Assembly: GCA_011364965.1 (NCBI GenBank)
Contig: RDOB01000004.1
Span: 96,001-160,000 of the forward strand
Length of the DNA stretch: 64,000 bases
Source: Candidatus Heimdallarchaeota archaeon
GTDB taxonomy: Archaea; Asgardarchaeota; Heimdallarchaeia; Hodarchaeales; Hodarchaeaceae
Reading direction: 5' to 3'
Under the pieces are notes generated by a model. It did no database searches and was not told the DNA's origin. It was given only the letters and a program-made list of their open reading frames with translations. Shown here piece after piece: positions 1 through 7,829 of the stretch; the stretch's first letter is position 1; each line of letters starts with the position of its first letter. The position numbers and the translations under genes were made by a program.

Positions 1-1
1 A

Positions 2-430
2 GATAACGCTTCACCGATTGGAAGATTGATCATTCCTGGCGTTGCAATGGGTATCGCATCCGCAGGATTTTATGCAAGGATAACACGTTCTAGTATGTTG
101 GAGGTAATCAGACAAGATTACATTATGACTGCTCGTTCAAAAGGACTTGCAGAAAAAATTGTTATCTATAAACACGCTCTGAAAAATGCCTTAATCCCTG
201 TTGTTACTATTATTGGTCTCGATCTTGCGGGTCTTTTTGGCGGAGCTGTGATTATGGAGACAATTTTCTCATGGCCTGGAATGGGACGATATGGATATCG
301 AGCTTTACAAATACGGAACTATCCTGTCATTATGGGAGTTGTACTGTTCAGTTCCACTCTCCTGATCATTATGAATCTGGTTGTAGATATAGCTTATGCT
401 TATCTTGATCCCAGAATCAGATATGGATAA
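2..430 (+). CDS. dppB: ABC peptide/nickel transporter permease DppB/OppB (5'-truncated by window)
   Basis: Frame is open from base 2; EAA-loop motif 'DYIMTARSKGLAEKIVIYKHALKNAL'; C-terminal 'YAYLDPRIR'. Confidence 0.93.
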   Translation, partial: DNASPIGRLIIPGVAMGIASAGFYARITRSSMLEVIRQDYIMTARSKGLAEKIVIYKHALKNALIPVVTIIGLDLAGLFGGAVIMETIFSWPGMGRYGYRALQIRNYPVIMGVVLFSSTLLIIMNLVVDIAYAYLDPRIRYG

Positions 431-438
431 TAAAGTAG

Positions 439-1410
439 GTGAATACCATGGGCATGAGTTTAATGTCACAGAGTGAACTTGTTGATCAAGTTAAGAGAGA
501 ACGAAGATTCCGAAATAGATTAATCGCGTATTTCAAGTCCCTATTAGGTAGCTGGACCGCGACCTTAGGACTTATTATTGTACTGGTATTCTTTGGAACT
601 GCCCTTTTTGCTGATTTTATTGCTCCTTATCATCCTACACAGGATGATTATACAGTTGGAATGCCATCTTTTCAACCACCTTTTACTATTCCTGAGCAAC
701 AACCTTTTCCCTTTGTTTTTGGAACAGATTGGTCTGGACAGGACATTTTTTCTAGAGTTATCCACGGAGCGCGTAGTGCAGTACTTGCGGGGACTATTGC
801 AATATCAGTTGGGCTTACAGGAGGAATACTCCTAGGTGCTATCTCAGGATACGTTGGTGGATCTATAGACAACATTCTAATGCGAGTGGTAGACGCATGG
901 ATGTCAATTCCTAGCTTTTTCATGCTGCTAATTATTGTAGCAGCTTTATCCGAGCAACCATGGAATCCAGCAGGTAAATATACTTTACTTATAGCAATGT
1001 TCTTTGTTGGTTTTATGGGGATTCCAGGATATGCAAGGATTATTCGCGGATCTGTTCTATCTGTTAGAGAAATGGATTTCATTGATGCTGCGAGAGCTAC
1101 TGGTTCAAGTGAAGCTCGAATTATAGCAAAGCATGTAATTCCTAATGTCTTCCCAATCATACTTGTTTATGCTACAATGGGAATTGGAGGAGCAATTATG
1201 AGTACAGCTGGTTTAAGCTTTATTGGGCTTGGAGCCCGTCCCAATCAACCAGACTGGGGTGGTGATATGAATGGAGCTAGATCTATCTTCTTCCAGTATT
1301 GGTGGCCTATGTTTTTCCCTGGTCTAGCAATATTTGTTGTGGTTCTTGGATTTAATCTCTTAGGAGATTGGCTTCGAGATGTTTTGGACCCAAGAACAAG
1401 GGATGTGTAA
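439..1410 (+). CDS. dppC: ABC peptide transporter permease DppC/OppC
   Basis: 'FGTDWSGQDIFSRVIHGAR', 'DFIDAARATG', 'NLLGDWLRDVLDPR'. True start may be one of the ATGs at 448-463. Confidence 0.93.
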   Translation: MNTMGMSLMSQSELVDQVKRERRFRNRLIAYFKSLLGSWTATLGLIIVLVFFGTALFADFIAPYHPTQDDYTVGMPSFQPPFTIPEQQPFPFVFGTDWSGQDIFSRVIHGARSAVLAGTIAISVGLTGGILLGAISGYVGGSIDNILMRVVDAWMSIPSFFMLLIIVAALSEQPWNPAGKYTLLIAMFFVGFMGIPGYARIIRGSVLSVREMDFIDAARATGSSEARIIAKHVIPNVFPIILVYATMGIGGAIMSTAGLSFIGLGARPNQPDWGGDMNGARSIFFQYWWPMFFPGLAIFVVVLGFNLLGDWLRDVLDPRTRDV

Positions 1411-1413
1411 TTA

Positions 1414-2388
1414 ATGGCATCAAATGGTACATTATTAGATATCCGCGACCTCCGTACATATTTCTATACCAAGAAAGGAGTAGTTCGTGCAGTGGATGGG
1501 ATCTCTTATAGCATCAAGCGAGGAGAAAGTCTTGGTCTCGTTGGTGAAAGTGGTTGTGGTAAAAGTGTTTCCGCGTTGACTCTTATGCGATTAATTCCTC
1601 AACCCCCAGGTAAAATTGTAAGCGGAGAAGTCTACTTCGATGGAATCAATTTATTGAAGTTACCTATGCATGAAATGAGAAAAATCCGTGGGAATAAGAT
1701 TTCAATGATTTTTCAAGATCCAATGACTTCACTAAATCCAGTTTTAACTGTAGGAGATCAGGTCGGTGAAACAATAGCACTTCATCAAGAATTAACAAAA
1801 AGAGAAGTTATTGAAAGAGTAATTGAGTATTTTGCGATGGTTGGTCTCCCAAATCCCGAAGATAGAGTAGAAAATTACCCCCATCAACTTTCAGGTGGAA
1901 TGCGTCAACGAGTGGGAATTGCAATGGCATTATCCTGTAATCCTAATCTCTTGATAGCAGATGAACCCACAACTGCACTGGATGTCACTATTCAAGCACA
2001 GATATTAGAAATTATGGCGAATTTAATGCAGGAAATTCAAACTTCTCTTATTTTGATCACACATAATCTTGGGCTTGTTGTTGAACTTAGTCAGAAAGTA
2101 GCAGTTATGTATGCAGGACATATCGCTGAATTTGGACGAGTGGACCATATTTTCGAAGCTCCAATGCATCCTTACACAATAGGTTTGCATGAATCTATCC
2201 CCAAGATTAATATAAAACGGGATAGGCTTATTCCAATACCAGGGGAAGTCCCAGATCTCATCAATCCTCCACCGGGCTGTCCTTTCCACCCAAGATGTTC
2301 TAAAGCCATGCCGGTCTGTCGGGAGAGTTATCCTGATACAGTGGAAATTGAACCTGGTCATAAGGTAGCGTGTCACCTTTATTTATAG
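1414..2388 (+). CDS. dppD: ABC peptide transporter ATP-binding subunit DppD/OppD
   Basis: Walker A GESGCGKS, signature LSGGMRQR, Walker B LIADEPTT, oligo_HPY C-terminus with Cys motif. Confidence 0.95.
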   Translation: MASNGTLLDIRDLRTYFYTKKGVVRAVDGISYSIKRGESLGLVGESGCGKSVSALTLMRLIPQPPGKIVSGEVYFDGINLLKLPMHEMRKIRGNKISMIFQDPMTSLNPVLTVGDQVGETIALHQELTKREVIERVIEYFAMVGLPNPEDRVENYPHQLSGGMRQRVGIAMALSCNPNLLIADEPTTALDVTIQAQILEIMANLMQEIQTSLILITHNLGLVVELSQKVAVMYAGHIAEFGRVDHIFEAPMHPYTIGLHESIPKINIKRDRLIPIPGEVPDLINPPPGCPFHPRCSKAMPVCRESYPDTVEIEPGHKVACHLYL

Positions 2389-2403
2389 CAAGGAGAAGAT
2401 TAT

Positions 2404-3393
2404 ATGTCAGAGAATATTATTGAAGTAAAAAATCTAAGGATGTACTTTGAAGTATCAAGAGGTCTCTTTTCTAGTGAAACACTTACATTAAGGGCAGTCG
2501 ATGATGTCAGTTTCAATATAAAAAAGGGCGACACACTTGGATTAGTCGGAGAAAGTGGATGCGGAAAAACCACTACCGCTAGATGCATTTTAAAGCTATA
2601 CGAATCAACTGGAGGCAGCATCAAATTCGAAGGATTAGAGGTTACAAAGCTTAAAGGGCGAAAACTTAGACAACTTCGACGAGATATGCAAATCATTTTT
2701 CAGGATCCTTATGCTTCATTAGATCCAAGAATGAAAGTTGGAGATATCATTGGAGAACCATTAATTGTTCATGGGGTTGCAAACGCTTCAGAAAGATCAG
2801 AAATTGTATTTAATTTGATTAAGACTGTTGGACTAGCTCCTGATCATTATTATCGATATCCCCACGAGTTTTCTGGGGGACAGCGACAACGAATTGGAGT
2901 AGCACGTGCTTTAGCGTTAAATCCAAAGTTCATCGTAGCAGATGAACCAGTTTCTGCATTGGATGTTTCGATTCAGGCTCAAATTCTTAATTTATTACAG
3001 GATTTACAAAATGAACTGAATTTAACGTATTTGGTTGTCGCGCACGACTTAGGAGTCGTTAGACATATAACGAGAGAAACAGCAGTGATGTATGTTGGTA
3101 AACTTGTAGAACAATCCCCAACCGAAGATTTATTCCATAATCCATCACATCCATATACTGAAGCTCTTATTTCAGCAGTACCAAGCTTGGATCTTCAACG
3201 GAAAATGAATCGGCTTGTTCTTCGAGGAGATGTTCCTTCTCCGATCTTCCCACCACCAGGATGTCGATTCTCTCCACGATGTATTTATGCAAAATCAATC
3301 TGTTCTCAAGAAGAACCAAATCTAGAGGAAATATCTCCGGGTCATTTTGTAGCATGTCACTTCCCTCTTGAAGAATCTGAGTATGCGTATTAA
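2404..3393 (+). CDS. dppF: ABC peptide transporter ATP-binding subunit DppF/OppF
   Basis: [30 protein letters not shown]...GCRF...CHF. Confidence 0.95.
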   Translation: MSENIIEVKNLRMYFEVSRGLFSSETLTLRAVDDVSFNIKKGDTLGLVGESGCGKTTTARCILKLYESTGGSIKFEGLEVTKLKGRKLRQLRRDMQIIFQDPYASLDPRMKVGDIIGEPLIVHGVANASERSEIVFNLIKTVGLAPDHYYRYPHEFSGGQRQRIGVARALALNPKFIVADEPVSALDVSIQAQILNLLQDLQNELNLTYLVVAHDLGVVRHITRETAVMYVGKLVEQSPTEDLFHNPSHPYTEALISAVPSLDLQRKMNRLVLRGDVPSPIFPPPGCRFSPRCIYAKSICSQEEPNLEEISPGHFVACHFPLEESEYAY

Positions 3394-3396
3394 TAC

Positions 3397-3420
3397 CCTT
3401 TTTTCCTCTTTTTTCTCTTC
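3397..3420 (+). terminator. Archaeal pyrimidine/U-rich terminator after the dpp operon
   Basis: T/C tract CCCTTTTTTCCTCTTTTTTCTCTTC immediately after the dppF stop. Confidence 0.55.
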
Positions 3421-3488
3421 AAATCATCTATTGAAAATTTGTTGCACTAATCCTAAATTCATATATTGATGTTATTATCGGAGAGACC

Positions 3489-5492
3489 TTGATTTATATG
3501 AACACCATAATTAAACCTGTTACATTAATTTGCGTGTTTTTTTTCACTACTGGACTTCTTATCAAAACATCGCATGTTAATGCGTCATTTTATGATATCC
3601 CTGAAATCTCTTATGGAGATTCGACCATTTATTCTCATATTATTTTTACTGGCTTTAATCAGGAGATCTTAGCTAATATTGTTCCCATTTCTCCTTTCTC
3701 CCAATCTCTTCTTCCAGAATATGTTTCAAACTCTTTTAAACAATCTTTCACTAGCGAAACTTTCTTCATTAGACATTCATATGAAATTTCATCTTCCATT
3801 TTTGAGGGTTTACTCTTTGATCAACTTAATATCTCAGCTCAATTAAACACAGTCAATTTAACTGATGGAACCCAAGTAACTGGAAAATTTATTAATGCCA
3901 ACGATACCTTAAACTGGATAGGGGAAAGATACGAAACTTTCTTTGGTTCAATACCAAAACCAGGGTATAGTTTGATTATTGCTAACTATTCCAATCTTGA
4001 TGATATCACACACCCAAATCATTGGTATAATCAATCTTGGAAGGATCCAGATACAGAAAAACCATTAGAAAGTCAGTTTATGACTGGGTTTGGATCACAA
4101 GACCGAATTTATTATATAGATTTATCCACTGATTCATATATTCTTCAGGATTCGGGAGAGAACGGAACTCTTCAAGAATTGGAATATTTATACAATTTTA
4201 ACACTGAATTTGGGCTAAATAAGCTTGCAGAATATTTAGCTGAATGGATCTATGAAATAGAACGAAATCTCTTCATCCAAGAGTTCCAATATCAACCACT
4301 GATTCCAATGGGAGACCTTTGGAGTGGCACTCAATTCTTGTTTGAAACCCTAGTACTCTGTAATATATCTGATTATAGTGCTAGTGACCTCAATTGGACA
4401 ATCAATGAGGATTATCTTCTTGAGAAAATGAAAGATGTTTATCCGTGGATGAAAATGGAATTCAAGGTCAGATTTGTAAATTTGACTGATGTACCTGTCC
4501 TTGATGAATTAATATATAACTCTATGGTATCGTGGGATACCTATAATGATCAATCGTCTCATAAATACGGCATTGATGTGAGTTTGATATATAGGGAATT
4601 ATATACGAGGTCCGATTTTTATATGGAGGAAGAAATTAGTTCCTCATTTTATACTATTCATTTCAAAACATTTGCTTTTCTGTTTGATAATGCGTTATTT
4701 GGTACCCCCCATAAAGCTAAACTAGAACCTATTAGTAGAGGGCTTGCTTTAAGAGATGCTGCGAATCGTCCATTGAATATCATTGGTAAAAGTTTTCAGG
4801 AGATATTTGGCGAGAATCGTTCGAATCCTTCTCCAAATATAGGATTAAGTCGGGCTATTTTACAAGAATTCGGACACCAACTTGGATTGATCCACACCTT
4901 TCAATCTGGAGCTGTGGGGAATTTTGTAGATGATGTGATGGCATACTATCCCTATTCAACTAGATTTAGTATTTTTTCCATTGATAATGCTAGAAGAGGT
5001 CAAATAGACTTTCTTGTAAGGACAGGGGTTTTAAGATATCAAATAGCAGCGCAAAATGTTGAGAAAAAAGTGTATGATGAGAATTTATTAAATTACTTCT
5101 ATTTTCTTGCAGATTCCTATGAAGAAATCCTTACTTATTACAATCAAATGAATTATAGTAGAGCTTTTTCGTTAGCTAAAACTTTTTATTTAACTCTTCT
5201 AGACTTTGATCCTCAATTAAGAGGATATGCTGACTCTAGAGATAGGACAGAAATGACACCAGTTTTTTTCAGCTTAATGCTTGTCTTCCTGATAATTGCA
5301 GTTTATTATCGAGGAAAATTTCAAGTTTTTAGGAAGATGCACCCAAGGAGGGATCTTCTTACACCTGATATGGTTACTAAATTTGAAGAAAAAGCTCGGG
5401 AGAGGTTTATAGCTTCCCGACAAGCTGCTAAAGAAAAATTCTTAGAGACTCAACAACGGATCCAAGAAGAAAAAAACAATGAAATAGAATAA
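3489..5492 (+). CDS. Secreted, C-terminally membrane-anchored metzincin-like protein (variant Zn motif)
   Basis: N-terminal signal peptide; QEFGHQLGLIH matches HExxHxxGxxH except the first His; Met-turn-like 'DVMAY'; C-terminal TM helix and charged tail. Confidence 0.65.
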   Translation: MIYMNTIIKPVTLICVFFFTTGLLIKTSHVNASFYDIPEISYGDSTIYSHIIFTGFNQEILANIVPISPFSQSLLPEYVSNSFKQSFTSETFFIRHSYEISSSIFEGLLFDQLNISAQLNTVNLTDGTQVTGKFINANDTLNWIGERYETFFGSIPKPGYSLIIANYSNLDDITHPNHWYNQSWKDPDTEKPLESQFMTGFGSQDRIYYIDLSTDSYILQDSGENGTLQELEYLYNFNTEFGLNKLAEYLAEWIYEIERNLFIQEFQYQPLIPMGDLWSGTQFLFETLVLCNISDYSASDLNWTINEDYLLEKMKDVYPWMKMEFKVRFVNLTDVPVLDELIYNSMVSWDTYNDQSSHKYGIDVSLIYRELYTRSDFYMEEEISSSFYTIHFKTFAFLFDNALFGTPHKAKLEPISRGLALRDAANRPLNIIGKSFQEIFGENRSNPSPNIGLSRAILQEFGHQLGLIHTFQSGAVGNFVDDVMAYYPYSTRFSIFSIDNARRGQIDFLVRTGVLRYQIAAQNVEKKVYDENLLNYFYFLADSYEEILTYYNQMNYSRAFSLAKTFYLTLLDFDPQLRGYADSRDRTEMTPVFFSLMLVFLIIAVYYRGKFQVFRKMHPRRDLLTPDMVTKFEEKARERFIASRQAAKEKFLETQQRIQEEKNNEIE

Positions 5493-5709
5493 AACTAAAT
5501 TTTCATGCTGGATTTATTGTGAAACATTGACTCTTATACCCAAAGTGTCAACAAGATCTAAAAATTAGATTTTTTAAGAATCCAAGTCAGATGAATCAGT
5601 TGCATATATCATGAAGGATATAAAGGAATTTACAATATATCTAAAAGAAGAATCCTCGAATTCAAACCGGGAGGATTTTTTAAGGAAATAATTTCTTATA
5701 TGATCGAAG

Positions 5710-6459
5710 ATGCCCCGTTTAAATATTTCAGATCGTGACTTGATAATAGCAGCAGTAATCACTATAATCTATCTTCTTACAGGTTTCACCCCGAACCCTT
5801 TAGAATGGCCTAATCAAATTGAGAATCGTTTTACATTAATGGAATCCATACAACCAGAAAATCCCGATATTATTGAGTTAAATGCCAAATTTGAGGCTTT
5901 CTATCAATCAGAATACCAAAAACTTGGCACCAAGGACATGCGAGAGGAGCAAATTGAAGCAGAGGCATTAGAGGAATTCCTCTATGCAGAAATTCCGTAT
6001 ATTAATGACTTTGAAAACTATTTTGCTTGGGAGCATTTCCCTGAGATTTCAGAAGTGATTACCCGAGGAGATGATTGCGATGGTATGGCAATCGTTGCAT
6101 GTTCGATACTCACCAGAAGGGGATATGAAAGTTATGTTTTGAATTCCAAATGGCACTCCTGGATAGAAATCTACCTTGATGATGGGGTTGTATTATCAAT
6201 TTTAACTGATCCTGAAAGCATGACGACACCTTGGTATTTAAAATATAACGCAAATAGCATTAATTTTCGATTAATTTCTTATCTTGATGTGGTTTTTCAT
6301 AATTTTATCTTATTGCTCTTTTTAGAACAGATTTTTGTTACTTTTTATCTTTTAATAAAAAGATATGATTCTTTTCAACAAATTTACACAACTTTACTAG
6401 CATTACTTTTATCCCCTCTCCCAGTATTACTGATGTTTGCTAGCTTATTAGGTTATTAA
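5710..6459 (+). CDS. Membrane-anchored transglutaminase-like cysteine protease domain protein
   Basis: 'GDDCDGMAIVACSIL' catalytic Cys motif and 'HSWIEI' His motif; N-terminal and C-terminal hydrophobic helices. Confidence 0.7.
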   Translation: MPRLNISDRDLIIAAVITIIYLLTGFTPNPLEWPNQIENRFTLMESIQPENPDIIELNAKFEAFYQSEYQKLGTKDMREEQIEAEALEEFLYAEIPYINDFENYFAWEHFPEISEVITRGDDCDGMAIVACSILTRRGYESYVLNSKWHSWIEIYLDDGVVLSILTDPESMTTPWYLKYNANSINFRLISYLDVVFHNFILLLFLEQIFVTFYLLIKRYDSFQQIYTTLLALLLSPLPVLLMFASLLGY

Positions 6460-6497
6460 GAAATCGTAATCTTACAATCGTAAAGGAAATAATATTT

Positions 6498-6947
6498 CTA
6501 CATACCAGAGGTAGTTAATGTCTGATAAAAAAGCCATAAAATCCAAACAACTACCATCGAAGCTAGTACAACAATTCCGCTGTACAGAAATTTTAAATCT
6601 CTTTCAATAAAGAAGGAATTAGATGATGGGGGATTTTTAGCTACATTTTTAGATTCTACTTTCCTATATTCTTTATATTTTGGGGTAAAACCAGTCTTTT
6701 TTTCCTTAGTAACAGTAGCTGGTTTTCGGATAAATGGAGGAATAAGACCAAAAGCAATTAGAATAGTTCCAATGAAGAAAAGAAAATTACTCATGGCTGT
6801 GGATACTAATTGTAAATAAGGAATATTGCTCAGTGTAAGATCAACCGTTAATATTAAGCTGATTACAGAGAAAAAGAAGCTTAAGATAATTGCAGCAGTA
6901 CTCCATCTGATTATGTCAGGTATTAATGGTTCGAAATGTTTAATCAT
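6498..6947 (-). CDS. Hypothetical 3-TM membrane protein
   Basis: Three hydrophobic segments with a Lys-rich loop; last gene of a tightly packed minus-strand operon (6 nt gap). Confidence 0.7.
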   Translation of the reverse strand: MIKHFEPLIPDIIRWSTAAIILSFFFSVISLILTVDLTLSNIPYLQLVSTAMSNFLFFIGTILIAFGLIPPFIRKPATVTKEKKTGFTPKYKEYRKVESKNVAKNPPSSNSFFIERDLKFLYSGIVVLASMVVVWILWLFYQTLTTSGM

Positions 6948-6953
6948 TAATTA

Positions 6954-7829
6954 TCACTTAATAGTCTGTTCTCTTATAGGATATTCAATACTAATAGGGA
7001 ACTCCCCTAAGAGCTTCAAGCTCTCTGAAGATGTTAAAAATCTTCTTTTTGTAAGAATTTGATAAATTCTTATTGTATATTCCACCCGTGAGAGAAGTCC
7101 TTTATAATTGTGTTGATAATCGGATGGAATTTGAAATTTAATTGGAATATCGGATAAATTTTGACTAAATTCAATTTGACCTAGGGGGAGTTCTGTTAGA
7201 TCGCTCTCTATGATCACATTTGAAGCTTTTACAACTTCTCTTCGAGCTAGTACAAATCGAACGGGACTAATTTCCATTAAATTATATGTGGATATTGAAA
7301 TCAAGTTCTCAGATCCAATTAACAACGGTTCAAGTGTTTTCAAAGAGAGACCTCCATGATCATACTCAAGTTCCACGATTTTGTCTGATCTTTTATAGGA
7401 TGAATCTATTAAAATTCTTTGCGATTCCTGGTACCGCTTCCCACTTTCTAGCATTATATCGAGCAGAACTCTATATTCTACTTTGCAATTTGCTCCATAA
7501 TACGAAGGAATGGCGTTTTCAGGTACCTCAAGTTTAATTCTGGTTTCTAAAAGGAATTGAGATTTTTCAATGACTTGAGTTTGTGTTAAGAACTCAGTTT
7601 CTTCCTTTAGATGTTTACTTGGCAATAAAAAACTCCATGTTGGATGAAATCCTTTCTTTCCTAATAATGATTGAATTGTGAATTCGACTTTTTCCACTCC
7701 AATAAGTGAAGCTGAAGCTTCAATTACTGCTTCTTTCTCTTGAGGAAAAGAAATCGCCAGATCAATGAAGTCTCCCTGAGAGAATACCTGTTTTAGAAGT
7801 TTTATCATATTTAAATCCAAGCTTTTCAA
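6954..7829 (-). CDS. Arrestin-fold protein (arrestin_N/arrestin_C; Vps26/SpoOM-like)
   Basis: 'KQVFSQGD...LIGVEKV' and two repeats of the arrestin-type motif ('LEVPENAIPSYYGANCKVEYRV', 'FQIPSDYQHNYKGLLSRVEYTI'); TTG start overlaps the upstream TGA. Confidence 0.7.
   Translation of the reverse strand: MKSLDLNMIKLLKQVFSQGDFIDLAISFPQEKEAVIEASASLIGVEKVEFTIQSLLGKKGFHPTWSFLLPSKHLKEETEFLTQTQVIEKSQFLLETRIKLEVPENAIPSYYGANCKVEYRVLLDIMLESGKRYQESQRILIDSSYKRSDKIVELEYDHGGLSLKTLEPLLIGSENLISISTYNLMEISPVRFVLARREVVKASNVIIESDLTELPLGQIEFSQNLSDIPIKFQIPSDYQHNYKGLLSRVEYTIRIYQILTKRRFLTSSESLKLLGEFPISIEYPIREQTIK

Noticed and set aside
565-3355. Alternative-frame and antisense ORFs inside the dpp genes, and similar shadow ORFs throughout (e.g. 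9378, 13521, 26991, 37896, 49260, 54594)
   Set aside because: They lie wholly or largely within well-supported genes and show no motifs; expected shadow ORFs.
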